Below are positions 16,101-32,700 of a stretch of 64,000 bases of DNA, one piece after another. The DNA comes from Nemertoderma westbladi (taxonomy: Eukaryota > Animalia > Xenacoelomorpha): assembly GCA_032718475.1 (NCBI GenBank), contig JAUCBJ010000203.1, positions 1 to 64,000 on the forward strand, in the 5' to 3' direction. Within the stretch, counting starts at the first letter, position 1; each line of letters begins with the position of its first letter. A model generated the notes under the pieces. That model was not told the origin of the DNA. It did no database searches and worked only from the letters and a program-made list of their open reading frames with translations. The position numbers and the translations under genes are program-made.

Positions 16101-19100
16101 CCTATATTGGTACTACAGTTCAGTACTATATTGGTACTACAGTTCAGTACTATATTGGTACTACAGTTCTGGACTATATTGGTACTACAGTTCTGTACTA
16201 TATGGACTACAGTTCTGTACTAGAGGCCCTATATTGGTACTACAGTTCAGTACTATATTGGTACTACAGTTCTGGACTATATTGGTACTACAGTTCTGGA
16301 CTATATTGGTACTACAGTTCTGGACTATATTGGTACTACAGTTCTGGACTATATTGGTACTTACAGTTCTGTACTATTGGTACTACAGTTCTGGACTATA
16401 TTGGTACTACAGTTCTGGACTATATTGGTACTACAGTTCAGTACTATATTAGTACTACAGTTCTGTACTATATGGACTACAGTTCTGTACTAGAGGCCCT
16501 ATATTGGTACTACAGTTCAGTACTATATTGGTACTACAGTTCTGGACTATATTGGTACTACAGTTCTGGACTATATTGGTACTACAGTTCTGGACTATAT
16601 TGGTACTACAGTTCTGGACTATATTGGTACTTACAGTTCTGTACTATTGGTACTACAGTTCTGGACTATATTGGTACTTACAGTTCTGTACTATATTGGT
16701 ACTACAGTTCAGTACTATATTAGTACTACAGTTCTGTACTATATGGACTACAGTTCTGTACTAGAGACCCTATATTGGTACTACAGTTCAGTACTATATT
16801 GGTACTACAGTTCTGGACTATATTGGTACTACAGTTCTGGACTATATTGGTACTTACAGTTCTGTACTATTGGTACTACAGTTCTGGACTATATTGGTAC
16901 TACAGTTCTGGACTATATTGGTACTTACAGTTCTGTACTATATTGGTACTACAGTTCTGGACTATATTGGTACTACAGTTCTGTACTATATGGACTACAG
17001 TTCTGTACTAGAGGCCCTATATTGGTACTACAGTTCAGTACTATATTGGTACTACAGTTCTGGACTATATTGGTACTACAGTTCTGGACTATATTGGTAC
17101 TTACAGTTCTGTACTATTGGTACTACAGTTCTGAACTATATTGGTACTACAGTTCTGGACTATATTGGTACTTACAGTTCTGTACTATATTGGTACTTAC
17201 AGTTCTGTACTATTGTTACTACAGTTCTGGACTATATTGGTACTACAGTTCTGGACTATATTGGTACTACAGTTCTGGACTATATTGGTACTTACAGTTC
17301 TGTACTATTGGTACTACAGTTCTGGACTATATTGGTACTACAGTTCTGGACTATATTGGTACTTACAGTTCTGTACTATATGGACTACAGTTCTGTACTA
17401 TATGGACTACAGTTCTGTACTAGAGGCCCTATATTGGTACTACAGTTCAGTACTATATTGGTACTACAGTTCTGGACTATATTGGTACTACAGTTCTGGA
17501 CTATATTGGTACTTACAGTTCTGTACTAGAGGCCCTATATTGGTACTACAGTTCAGTACTATATTGGTACTACAGTTCTGGACTATATTGGTACTACAGT
17601 TCAGTACTATATTGGTACTACAGTTCTGGACTATATTGGTACTACAGTTCTGGACTATATTGGTACTTACAGTTCTGTACTATTGGTACTACAGTTCTGG
17701 ACTATATTGGTACTACAGTTCTGTACTATATTGGTACTACAGTTCTGGACTATATTGGTACTTACAGTTCTGTACTATTGGTACTACAGTTCTGTACTAT
17801 ATGGACTACAGTTCTGTACTAGAGGCCCTATATTGGTACTACAGTTCAGTACTATATTGGTACTACAGTTCTGGACTATATTGGTACTACAGTTCTGGAC
17901 TATATTGGTACTTACAGTTCTGTACTATTGGTACTACAGTTCTGGACTATATTGGTACTACAGTTCTGGACTATATTGGTACTTACAGTTCTGTACTATA
18001 TGGACTACAGTTCTGTACTAGAGGCCCTATATTGGTACTACAGTTCAGTACTATATTGGTACTACAGTTCTGTACTATTGGTACTACAGTTCTGGACTAT
18101 TGGTACTACAGTTCTGTACTATATGGACTACAGTTCTGTACTAGAGGCCCTATATTGGTACTACAGTTCAGTACTATATTGGTACTACAGTTCTGGACTA
18201 TATTGGTACTACAGTTCTGGACTATATTGGTACTTACAGTTCTGTACTATATGGACTACAGTTCTGTACTAGAGGCCCTATATTGGTACTACAGTTCAGT
18301 ACTATATTAGTACTACAGTTCTGTACTATATTGGTACTACAGTTCTGGACTATATTGGTACTTACAGTTCTGGACTATATTGGTACTTACAGTTCTGTAC
18401 TATTGGTACTACAGTTCTGGACTATATTGGTACTTACAGTTCTGTACTATATGGACTACAGTTCTGGACTATATTGGTACTACATTTCTGTACTAGAGGC
18501 CCTATATTGGTACTACAGTTCTGTACTATATGGACTACAGTTCAGTACTATATTGGTACTACAGTTCTGGACTATATTGGTACTACAGTTCTAGACTATA
18601 TTGGTACTACAGTTCTGTACTATATTGGTACTACAGTTCTGTACTAGAGGCCCTATATTGGTACTACAGTTCTGGACTATATTGGTACTACAGTTCTGGA
18701 CTATATTAGTACTACAGTTCTGTACTATATTGGTACTACAGTTCTGTACTAGAGGCCCTATATTGGTACTACAGTTCTGGACTATATTGGTACTACAGTT
18801 CTGGACTATATTAGTACTACAGTTCTGTACTATATTGGTACTACAGTTCTGTACTAGAGGCCCTATATTGGTACTACAGTTCTGGACTATATTGGTACTA
18901 CAGTTCTGGACTATATTGGTACTACAGTTCTGGACTATATTTGGTACTACAGTTCAGTACTATTGGTACTACAGTTCTGGACTATATTGGTACTACAGTT
19001 CTGTACTATATTGGTACTACAGTTCTGTACTATATTGGTACTACAGTTCTGTACTATTGGTACTACAGTTCTGGACTATATTGGTACTACAGTTCTGTAC

Positions 19101-22100
19101 TATATTGGTACTACAGTTCTGTACTAGAGGCCCTATATTGGTACTACAGTTCTGGACTATATTGGTACTACAGTTCTGGACTATATTAGTACTACAGTTC
19201 TGTACTATATTGGTACTACAGTTCTGTACTATATTGGTACTACAGTTCTGGACTATATTAGTACTACAGTTCTGTACTATATTGGTACTACAGTTCTGTA
19301 CTAGAGGCCCTATATTGGTACTACAGTTCTGGACTATATTGGTACTACAGTTCTGTACTATATTGGTACTACAGTTCTGTACTATATTGGTACTACAGTT
19401 CTGGACTATATTGGTACTTACAGTTCTGTACTAGAGGCCCTATATTGGTACTTACAGTTCTGGACTATATTGGTACTTACAGTTCTGTACTATATTGGTA
19501 CTACAGTTCTGTACTAGAGGCCCTATATTGGTACTACAGTTCTGGACTATATTGGTACTACAGTTCTGGACTATATTGGTACTACAGTTCTGGACTATAT
19601 TAGTACTACAGTTCTGTACTAGAGGCCCTATATTGGTACTACAGTTCTGGACTATATTGGTACTACAGTTCTGGACTATATTAGTACTACAGTTCTGTAC
19701 TATATTGGTACTACAGTTCTGTACTAGAGGCCCTATATTGGTACTACAGTTCTGGACTATATTGGTACTACAGTTCTGGACTATATTGGTACTACAGTTC
19801 TGGACTATATTTGGTACTACAGTTCAGTACTATTGGTACTACAGTTCTGGACTATATGGACTACAGTTCTGTACTAGAGGCCCTATATTGGTACTACAGT
19901 TCTGTACTATATTGGTACTACAGTTCTGTACTATTGGTACTACAGTTCTGGACTATATTGGTACTACAGTTCTGGACTATATTGGTACTTACAGTTCTGT
20001 ACTATATGGACTACAGTTCTGTACTAGAGGCCCTATATTGGTACTACAGTTCTGTACTATATTGGTACTACAGTTCTGTACTAGAGGCCCTATATTGGTA
20101 CTACAGTTCTGGACTAGATTGGTACTACAGTTCTGGACTATATTGGTACTACAGTTCTGGACTATATTGGTACTACAGTTCCTGACTATATTGGTACTAC
20201 AGTTCTGTACTATTGGTACTACAGTTCTGGACTATATTTGGTACTACAGTTCAGTACTATATTAGTACTTACAGTTCTGTACTATATTGGTACTACAGTT
20301 CTGTACTATATTGGTACTACAGTTCTGGACTATATTGGTACTACAGTTCTGGACTATATTGGTACTACAGTTCGGTACTATATTGGTACTACAGTTCTGT
20401 ACTAGAGGCCCTATATTGGTACTACAGTTCTGGACTATATTGGTACTACAGTTCTGGACTATATTGGTACTACAGTTCTGGACTATATTGGTACTACAGT
20501 TCTGTACTATTGGTACTACAGTTCTGGACTATATTGGTACTACAGTTCTGGACTATATTGGTACTACAGTTCTGTACTATATTGGTACTACAGTTCTGTA
20601 CTAGAGGCCCTATATTGGTACTACAGTTCTGGACTATATTGGTACTACAGTTCTGGACTATATTGGTACTACAGTTCTGGACTATATTGGTACTACAGTT
20701 CTGGACTATATTGGTACTACAGTTCTGGACTATATTGGTACTACAGTTCTGTACTATATGGACTACAGTTCTGGACTATATTGGTACTACAGTTCTGGAC
20801 TATATTGGTACTACAGTTCTGGACTATATTGGTACTACAGTTCTGGACTATATTGGTACTACAGTTCTGTACTATATTGGTACTACAGTTCTGTACTAGA
20901 GGCCCTATATTGGTACTACAGTTCTGGACTATATTGGTACTACAGTTCTGGACTATATTGGTACTACAGTTCTGGACTATATTGGTACTACAGTTCTGTA
21001 CTATTGGTACTACAGTTCTGGACTATATTTGGTACTACAGTTCAGTACTATATTAGTACTACAGTTCTGTACTATATTGGTACTACAGTTCTGTACTAGA
21101 GGCCCTATATTGGTACTACAGTTCTGGACTATATTGGTACTACAGTTCTGGACTATATTGGTACTACAGTTCTGGACTATATTGGTACTACAGTTCTGTA
21201 CTAGAGGCCCTATATTGGTACTACAGTTCTGGACTAGAGGCCCTATATTGGTACTACAGTTCTGGACTATATTGGTACTACAGTTCTGGACTATATTGGT
21301 ACTACAGTTCTGTACTATTGGTACTACAGTTCTGGACTATATTTGGTACTACAGTTCAGTACTATATTAGTACTACAGTTCTGTACTATATTGGTACTAC
21401 AGTTCTGTACTATATTAGTACTACAGTTCTGTACTATATGGACTACAGTTCTGTACTAGAGGCCCTATATTGGTACTACAGTTCTGGACTATATTAGTAC
21501 TACAGTTCTGTACTATATTGGTACTACAGTTCTGGACTATATTGGTACTACAGTTCTGGACTATATTGGTACTACAGTTCTGTACTATATGGACTACAGT
21601 TCTGTACTAGAGGCCCTATATTGGTACTACAGTTCTGTACTATATTGGTACTACAGTTCTGTACTATATTGGTACTACAGTTCTGGACTATATTGGTACT
21701 ACAGTTCTGGACTATATTGGTACTACAGTTCTGGACTATATGGACTACAGTTCTGTACTAGAGGCCCTATATTAGTACTACAGTTCTGTACTATATTAGT
21801 ACTTACAGTTCTGGACTATATTGGTACTACAGTTCTGGACTATATTGGTACTTACAGTTCTGTACTATTGGTACTACAGTTCTGGACTATATTGGTACTT
21901 ACAGTTCTGTACTATATGGACTACAGTTCTGTACTAGAGGCCCTATATTGGTACTACAGTTCAGTTCTATATTAGTACTACAGTTCTGTACTATATTGGT
22001 ACTACAGTTCTGGACTATATTGGTACTACAGTTCTGGACTATATTGGTACTTACAGTTCTGTACTATATGGACTACAGTTCTGTACTAGAGGCCCTATAT

Positions 22101-25100
22101 TGGTACTACAGTTCAGTACTATATTGGTACTACAGTTCTGGACTATATTGGTACTACAGTTCTGTACTATATGGACTACAGTTCTGTACTAGAGGCCCTA
22201 TATTGGTACTACAGTTCAGTACTATATTGGTACTACAGTTCTGGACTATATTGGTACTACAGTTCTGGACTATATTGGTACTACAGTTCTGTACTATATG
22301 GACTACAGTTCTGTACTAGAGGCCCTATATTGGTACTACAGTTCAGTACTATATTGGTACTACAGTTCAGTACTATATTGGTACTACAGTTCTGGACTAT
22401 ATTGGTACTACAGTTCTGTACTATATGGACTACAGTTCTGTACTAGAGGCCCTATATTGGTACTACAGTTCAGTACTATATTGGTACTACAGTTCTGGAC
22501 TATATTGGTACTACAGTTCTGGACTATATTGGTACTACAGTTCTGGACTATATTGGTACTACAGTTCTGGACTATATTGGTACTTACAGTTCTGTACTAT
22601 TGGTACTACAGTTCTGGACTATATTGGTACTACAGTTCTGTACTATATTGGTACTACAGTTCAGTACTATATTGGTACTACAGTTCAGTACTATATTGGT
22701 ACTACAGTTCTGGACTATATTGGTACTACAGTTCTGGACTATATTGGTACTACAGTTCTGTACTATATGGACTACAGTTCTGTACTAGAGGCCCTATATT
22801 GGTACTACAGTTCAGTACTATATTGGTACTACAGTTCAGTACTATATTGGTACTACAGTTCTGGACTATATTGGTACTACAGTTCTGTACTATATGGACT
22901 ACAGTTCTGTACTAGAGGCCCTATATTGGTACTACAGTTCAGTACTATATTGGTACTACAGTTCTGGACTATATTGGTACTACAGTTCTGGACTATATTG
23001 GTACTACAGTTCTGGACTATATTGGTACTACAGTTCTGGACTATATTGGTACTTACAGTTCTGTACTATTGGTACTACAGTTCTGGACTATATTGGTACT
23101 ACAGTTCTGGACTATATTGGTACTTACAGTTCTGTACTATATTGGTACTACAGTTCAGTACTATATTAGTACTACAGTTCTGTACTATATGGACTACAGT
23201 TCTGTACTAGAGGCCCTATATTGGTACTACAGTTCAGTACTATATTGGTACTACAGTTCTGGACTATATTGGTACTACAGTTCTGGACTATATTGGTACT
23301 TACAGTTCTGTACTATTGGTACTACAGTTCTGGACTATATTGGTACTACAGTTCTGGACTATATTGGTACTTACAGTTCTGTACTATATTGGTACTACAG
23401 TTCTGGACTATATTGGTACTACAGTTCTGTACTATATGGACTACAGTTCTGTACTAGAGGCCCTATATTGGTACTACAGTTCAGTACTATATTGGTACTA
23501 CAGTTCTGGACTATATTGGTACTACAGTTCTGGACTATATTGGTACTTACAGTTCTGTACTATTGGTACTACAGTTCTGAACTATATTGGTACTACAGTT
23601 CTGGACTATATTGGTACTTACAGTTCTGTACTATATTGGTACTTACAGTTCTGTACTATTGTTACTACAGTTCTGGACTATATTGGTACTACAGTTCTGG
23701 ACTATATTGGTACTACAGTTCTGGACTATATTGGTACTTACAGTTCTGTACTATTGGTACTACAGTTCTGGACTATATTGGTACTACAGTTCTGGACTAT
23801 ATTGGTACTTACAGTTCTGTACTATATGGACTACAGTTCTGTACTATATGGACTACAGTTCTGTACTAGAGGCCCTATATTGGTACTACAGTTCAGTACT
23901 ATATTGGTACTACAGTTCTGGACTATATTGGTACTACAGTTCTGGACTATATTGGTACTTACAGTTCTGTACTAGAGGCCCTATATTGGTACTACAGTTC
24001 AGTACTATATTGGTAGTACAGTTCTGGACTATATTGGTACTACAGTTCAGTACTATATTGGTACTACAGTTCTGGACTATATTGGTACTACAGTTCTGGA
24101 CTATATTGGTACTTACAGTTCTGTACTATTGGTACTACAGTTCTGGACTATATTGGTACTACAGTTCTGTACTATATTGGTACTACAGTTCTGGACTATA
24201 TTGGTACTTACAGTTCTGTACTATTGGTACTACAGTTCTGTACTATATGGACTACAGTTCTGTACTAGAGGCCCTATATTGGTACTACAGTTCAGTACTA
24301 TATTGGTACTACAGTTCTGGACTATATTGGTACTACAGTTCTGGACTATATTGGTACTTACAGTTCTGTACTATTGGTACTACAGTTCTGGACTATATTG
24401 GTACTACAGTTCTGGACTATATTGGTACTTACAGTTCTGTACTATATGGACTACAGTTCTGTACTAGAGGCCCTATATTGGTACTACAGTTCAGTACTAT
24501 ATTGGTACTACAGTTCTGTACTATTGGTACTACAGTTCTGGACTATTGGTACTACAGTTCTGTACTATATGGACTACAGTTCTGTACTAGAGGCCCTATA
24601 TTGGTACTACAGTTCAGTACTATATTGGTACTACAGTTCTGGACTATATTGGTACTACAGTTCTGGACTATATTGGTACTTACAGTTCTGTACTATATGG
24701 ACTACAGTTCTGTACTAGAGGCCCTATATTGGTACTACAGTTCAGTACTATATTAGTACTACAGTTCTGTACTATATTGGTACTACAGTTCTGGACTATA
24801 TTGGTACTTACAGTTCTGGACTATATTGGTACTTACAGTTCTGTACTATTGGTACTACAGTTCTGGACTATATTGGTACTTACAGTTCTGTACTATATGG
24901 ACTACAGTTCTGGACTATATTGGTACTACATTTCTGTACTAGAGGCCCTATATTGGTACTACAGTTCTGTACTATATGGACTACAGTTCAGTACTATATT
25001 GGTACTACAGTTCTGGACTATATTGGTACTACAGTTCTAGACTATATTGGTACTACAGTTCTGTACTATATTGGTACTACAGTTCTGTACTAGAGGCCCT

Positions 25101-26300
25101 ATATTGGTACTACAGTTCTGGACTATATTGGTACTACAGTTCTGGACTATATTAGTACTACAGTTCTGTACTATATTGGTACTACAGTTCTGTACTAGAG
25201 GCCCTATATTGGTACTACAGTTCTGGACTATATTGGTACTACAGTTCTGGACTATATTAGTACTACAGTTCTGTACTATATTGGTACTACAGTTCTGTAC
25301 TAGAGGCCCTATATTGGTACTACAGTTCTGGACTATATTGGTACTACAGTTCTGGACTATATTGGTACTACAGTTCTGGACTATATTTGGTACTACAGTT
25401 CAGTACTATTGGTACTACAGTTCTGGACTATATTGGTACTACAGTTCTGTACTATATTGGTACTACAGTTCTGTACTATATTGGTACTACAGTTCTGTAC
25501 TATTGGTACTACAGTTCTGGACTATATTGGTACTACAGTTCTGTACTATATTGGTACTACAGTTCTGTACTAGAGGCCCTATATTGGTACTACAGTTCTG
25601 GACTATATTGGTACTACAGTTCTGGACTATATTAGTACTACAGTTCTGTACTATATTGGTACTACAGTTCTGTACTATATTGGTACTACAGTTCTGGACT
25701 ATATTAGTACTACAGTTCTGTACTATATTGGTACTACAGTTCTGTACTAGAGGCCCTATATTGGTACTACAGTTCTGGACTATATTGGTACTACAGTTCT
25801 GTACTATATTGGTACTACAGTTCTGTACTATATTGGTACTACAGTTCTGGACTATATTGGTACTTACAGTTCTGTACTAGAGGCCCTATATTGGTACTTA
25901 CAGTTCTGGACTATATTGGTACTTACAGTTCTGTACTATATTGGTACTACAGTTCTGTACTAGAGGCCCTATATTGGTACTACAGTTCTGGACTATATTG
26001 GTACTACAGTTCTGGACTATATTGGTACTACAGTTCTGGACTATATTAGTACTACAGTTCTGTACTAGAGGCCCTATATTGGTACTACAGTTCTGGACTA
26101 TATTGGTACTACAGTTCTGGACTATATTAGTACTACAGTTCTGTACTATATTGGTACTACAGTTCTGTACTAGAGGCCCTATATTGGTACTACAGTTCTG
26201 GACTATATTGGTACTACAGTTCTGGACTATATTGGTACTACAGTTCTGGACTATATTTGGTACTACAGTTCAGTACTATTGGTACTACAGTTCTGGACTA
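13200..26300. repeat. ~6.4-6.7 kb higher-order duplication within the array (boundaries approximate)
   Basis: Rare variants at +6717 (gttcctgact 13461/20178, cagttcggta 13651/20368, agttcagttc 15241/21958), then at +6446 (ctgaact 17131/23577, tattgttact 17211/23657). Confidence 0.9.
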
Positions 26301-29300
26301 TATTGGTACTACAGTTCTGTACTATATTGGTACTACAGTTCTGTACTAGAGGCCCTATATTGGTACTACAGTTCTGGACTAGATTGGTACTACAGTTCTG
26401 GACTATATTAGTACTACAGTTCTGTACTATATTGGTACTACAGTTCTGTACTATATTGGTACTACAGTTCTGTACTATTGGTACTACAGTTCTGGACTAT
26501 ATTGGTACTACAGTTCTGTACTATATTGGTACTACAGTTCTGTACTAGAGGCCCTATATTGGTACTACAGTTCTGGACTAGATTGGTACTACAGTTCTGG
26601 ACTATATTAGTACTACAGTTCTGTACTATATTGGTACTACAGTTCTGGACTATATTGGTACTACAGTTCTGGACTATATTGGTACTACAGTTCTGTACTA
26701 TATGGACTACAGTTCTGTACTAGAGGCCCTATATTGGTACTACAGTTCTGGACTATATTGGTACTACAGTTCTGTACTATATTGGTACTACAGTTCTGTA
26801 CTAGAGGCCCTATATTGGTACTACAGTTCTGGACTATATTGGTACTACAGTTCTGGACTATATTAGTACTACAGTTCTGTACTATATTGGTACTACAGTT
26901 CTGGACTATATTGGTACTACAGTTCTGGACTATATTGGTACTACAGTTCTGTACTATATGGACTACAGTTCTGTACTAGAGGCCCTATATTGGTACTACA
27001 GTTCTGGACTATATTGGTACTACAGTTCTGTACTATAGGTACTACAGTTCTGTACTAGAGGCCCTATATTGGTACTACAGTTCTGGACTATATTGGTACT
27101 ACAGTTCTGGACTATATTGGTACTACAGTTCTGTACTAGAGGCCCTATATTGGTACTACAGTTCTGGACTATATTGGTACTACAGTTCTGTACTATATTG
27201 GTACTACAGTTCTGGACTATATTGGTACTACAGTTCTGGACTATATTGGTACTACAGTTCTGGACTATATTGGTACTACAGTTCTGGACTATATTGGTAC
27301 TACAGTTCTGTACTAGAGGCCCTATATTGGTACTACAGTTCTGGACTATATTGGTACTACAGTTCTGGACTATATTGGTACTACAGTTCTGTACTAGAGG
27401 CCCTATATTGGTACTACAGTTCTGGACTATATTGGTACTACAGTTCTGTACTATATTGGTACTACAGTTCTGGACTATATTGGTACTACAGTTCTGGACT
27501 ATATTGGTACTACAGTTCTGGACTATATTGGTACTACAGTTCTGGACTATATTGGTACTACAGTTCTGTACTAGAGGCCCTATATTGGTACTACAGTTCT
27601 GGACTATATTGGTACTACAGTTCTGTACTATATTGGTACTACAGTTCTGGACTATATTGGTACTACAGTTCTGGACTATATTGGTACTACAGTTCTGGAC
27701 TATATTGGTACTACAGTTCTGGACTATATTGGTACTACAGTTCTGTACTAGAGGCCCTATATTGGTACTACAGTTCTGGACTATATTGGTACTACAGTTC
27801 TGTACTATATTGGTACTACAGTTCTGGACTATATTAGTACTACAGTTCTGTACTATATTGGTACTACAGTTCTGGACTATATTGGTACTACAGTTCTGGA
27901 CTATATTGGTACTACAGTTCTGGACTATATTTGGTACTACAGTTCTGGACTATATTGGTACTACAGTTCTGTACTAGAGGCCCTATATTGGTACTACAGT
28001 TCTGGACTATATTGGTACTACAGTTCTGTACTATATTGGTACTTACAGTTCTGTACTATTGGTACTACAGTTCTAGACTATATTGGTACTTACAGTTCTG
28101 TACTATATTGGTACTTACAGTTCAGTACTATATTAGTACTACAGTTCTGTACTATATTGGTACTACAGTTCTGGACTATATTGGTACTACAGTTCTGGAC
28201 TATATTGGTACTACAGTTCTGTACTATATGGACTACAGTTCTGTACTAGACTAGAGGCCCTATATTGGTACTACAGTTCTGGACTATATTAGTACTACAG
28301 TTCTGTACTATATTGGTACTACAGTTCTGTACTAGAGGCCCTATATTGGTACTACAGTTCTGGACTATATTGGTACTACAGTTCTGGACTATATTAGTAC
28401 TACAGTTCTGTACTATATTGGTACTACAGTTCTGGACTATATTGGTACTACAGTTCTGGACTATATTGGTACTACAGTTCTGTACTATATGGACTACAGT
28501 TCTGTACTAGAGGCCCTATATTGGTACTACAGTTCTGGACTATATTGGTACTACAGTTCTGGACTATATTGGTACTACAGTTCTGGACTATATTGGTACT
28601 ACAGTTCTGTACTATATGGACTACAGTTCTGTACTAGAGGCCCTATATTGGTACTACAGTTCTGGACTATATTAGTACTACAGTTCTGTACTATATTGGT
28701 ACTACAGTTCTGTACTAGAGGCCCTATATTGGTACTACAGTTCTGGACTATATTGGTACTACAGTTCTGGACTATATTAGTACTACAGTTCTGTACTATA
28801 TTGGTACTACAGTTCTGGACTATATTGGTACTACAGTTCTGGACTATATTGGTACTACAGTTCTGTACTATATGGACTACAGTTCTGTACTAGAGGCCCT
28901 ATATTTGTACTACAGTTCTGTACTATAGGTACTACAGTTCTGGACTATATTGGTACTACAGTTCTGTACTAGAGGCCCTATATTGGTACTACAGTTCAGT
29001 ACTATATTAGTACTACAGTTCTGTACTATATTGGTACTACAGTTCTGGACTATATTGGTACTACAGTTCTGGACTATATTGGTACTACAGTTCTGTACTA
29101 TATGGACTACAGTTCTGTACTAGAGGCCCTATATTGGTACTACAGTTCAGTACTATATTAGTACTACAGTTCTGTACTATATTGGTACTACAGTTCTGGA
29201 CTATATTGGTACTACAGTTCTGGACTATATTGGTACTACAGTTCTGTACTATATGGACTACAGTTCTGTACTAGAGGCCCTATATTGGTACTACAGTTCT

Positions 29301-29789
29301 GGACTATATTGGTACTACAGTTCTGGACTATATTGGTACTACAGTTCTGGACTATATTGGTACTACAGTTCTGTACTATATGGACTACAGTTCTGTACTA
29401 GAGGCCCTATATTGGTACTACAGTTCAGTACTATATTAGTACTACAGTTCTGTACTATATTGGTACTACAGTTCTGGACTATATTGGTACTACAGTTCTG
29501 GACTATATTGGTACTACAGTTCTGTACTATATGGACTACAGTTCTGTACTAGAGGCCCTATATTGGTACTACAGTTCTGGACTATATTGGTACTACAGTT
29601 CTGGACTATATTGGTACTACAGTTCTGTACTAGAGGCCCTATATTGGTACTACAGTTCTGTACTAGAGGCCCTATATTGGTACTACAGTTCAGTACTATA
29701 TTAGTACTACAGTTCTGTACTATATTGGTACTACAGTTCTGGACTATATTGGTACTACAGTTCTGGACTATATTGGTACTACAGTTCTG

Positions 29790-32700
29790 GACTATATTGG
29801 TACTTACAGTTCTGTACTATATGGACTACAGTTCTGTACTAGAGGCCCTATATTGGTACTACAGTTCAGTACTATATTAGTACTACAGTTCTGTACTATA
29901 TTGGTACTACAGTTCTGGACTATATTGGTACTTACAGTTCTGGACTATATTGGTACTTACAGTTCTGTACTATTGGTACTACAGTTCTGGACTATATTGG
30001 TACTTACAGTTCTGTACTATATGGACTACAGTTCTGGACTATATTGGTACTACAGTTCTGTACTATTGGTACTACAGTTCTGTACTAGAGGCCCTATATT
30101 GGTACTATAGTTCTGTACTAGAGGCCCTATATTGGTACTACAGTTCAGTACTATATTAGTACTACAGTTCTGTACTATATTGGTACTACAGTTCTGTACT
30201 AGAGGCCCTATATTGGTACTTACAGTTCTGTACTATTGGTACTACAGTTCTGGACTATATTGGTACTATAGTTCTGTACTATTGGTACTACAGTTCTGGA
30301 CTATATTGGTACTTACAGTTCTGTACTATATTGGTACTACAGTTCTGGACTATATTGGTACTTACAGTTCTGTACTATTGGTACTACAGTTCTGGACTAT
30401 ATTGGTACTACAGTTCTGTACTATTGGTACTACAGTTCTGGACTATATTGGTACTTACAGTTCTGGACTATATTGGTACTACAGTTCTGTACTATAGTGG
30501 TACTACAGTTCTGTACTAGAGGCCCTATATTGGTACTACAGTTCTGGACTATATTGGTACTACAGTTCTGGACTATATTAGTACTACAGTTCTGTACTAT
30601 ATTGGTACTACAGTTCTGGACTATATTGGTACTACAGTTCTGGACTATATTGGTACTACAGTTCTGTACTATATGGACTACAGTTCTGTACTAGAGGCCC
30701 TATATTGGTACTACAGTTCAGTACTATATTAGTACTACAGTTCTGGACTATATTGGTACTACAGTTCTGGACTATATTGGTACTTACAGGTCTGTACTAT
30801 ATTGGTACTACAGTTCTGGACTATATTGGTACTTACAGTTCTGTACTATATTTGGTACTACAGTTCTGTACTATATGGACTACAGTTCTGTACTAGAGGC
30901 CCTATATTGGTACTACAGTTCAGTACTATATTAGTACTACAGTTCTGTACTATATTGGTACTACAGTTCTGGACTATATTGGTACTACAGTTCTGGACTA
31001 TATTGGTACTACAGTTCTGTACTATATGGACTACAGTTCTGTACTAGAGGCCCTATATTGGTACTACAGTTCAGTACTATATTGGTACTACAGTTCTGGA
31101 CTATATTGGTACTACAGTTCTGGACTATATTGGTACTTACAGTTCTGTACTATTGGTACTACAGTTCTGGACTATATTGGTACTACAGTTCTGTACTATA
31201 TGGACTACAGTTCTGTACTAGAGGCCCTATATTGGTACTACAGTTCAGTACTATATTAGTACTACAGTTCTGTACTATATTGGTACTACAGTTCTGGACT
31301 ATATTGGTACTTACAGTTCTGGACTATATTGGTACTTACAGTTCTGTACTATTGGTACTACAGTTCTGGACTATATTGGTACTTACAGTTCTGTACTATA
31401 TGGACTACAGTTCTGGACTATATTGGTACTACAGTTCTGTACTATATTGGTACTACAGTTCTGTACTATATTGGTACTACAGTTCTGTACTAGAGGCCCT
31501 ATATTGGTACTACAGTTCTGTACTATATTGGTACTTACAGTTCTGGACTATATTGGTACTACAGTTCTGGACTATATTGGTACTACAGTTCTGTACTATT
31601 GGTACTACAGTTCTGGACTATATTTGGTACTACAGTTCAGTACTATATTAGTACTACAGTTCTGTACTATATTGGTACTACAGTTCTGTACTAGAGGCCC
31701 TATATTGGTACTACAGTTCTGGACTATATTGGTACTACAGTTCTGGACTATATTGGTACTACAGTTCTGGACTATATTGGTACTACAGTTCTGTACTATT
31801 GGTACTACAGTTCTAGACTATATTGGTACTTACAGTTCTGGACTATATTGGTACTACAGTTCTGTACTAGAGGCCCTATATTGGTACTACAGTTCTGGAC
31901 TATATTGGTACTACAGTTCTGGACTATATTGGTACTACAGTTCTGTACTATATTGGTACTACAGTTCTGTACTATATTGGTACTTACAGTTCTGTACTAG
32001 AGGCCCTATATTGGTACTACAGTTCTGGACTATATTGGTACTACAGTTCTGGACTATATTGGTACTACAGTTCTGTACTATTGGTACTACAGTTCTGGAC
32101 TATATTTGGTACTACAGTTCAGTACTATATTGGTACTACAGTTCTGTACTAGAGGCCCTATATTGGTACTACAGTTCTGGACTATATTGGTACTTACAGT
32201 TCTGTACTATATGGACTACAGTTCTGTACTATATTGGTACTACAGTTCTGGACTATATTGGTACTACAGTTCTGTACTATTGGTACTACAGTTCTGGACT
32301 ATATTTGGTACTACAGTTCAGTACTATATTAGTACTACAGTTCTGTACTATATTGGTACTACAGTTCTGTACTAGAGGCCCTATATTGGTACTACAGTTC
32401 TGGACTATATTGGTACTACAGTTCTGGACTATATTGGTACTACAGTTCTGTACTATTGGTACTACAGTTCTGGACTATATTTGGTACTACAGTTCAGTAC
32501 TATATTAGTACTACAGTTCTGTACTATATTGGTACTACAGTTCTGTACTATTGGTACTACAGTTCTGGACTATATTGGTACTACAGTTCTGGACTATATT
32601 GGTACTACAGTTCTGTACTATTGGTACTACAGTTCTGGACTATATTTGGTACTACAGTTCAGTACTATATTAGTACTACAGTTTTGTACTATATTGGTAC

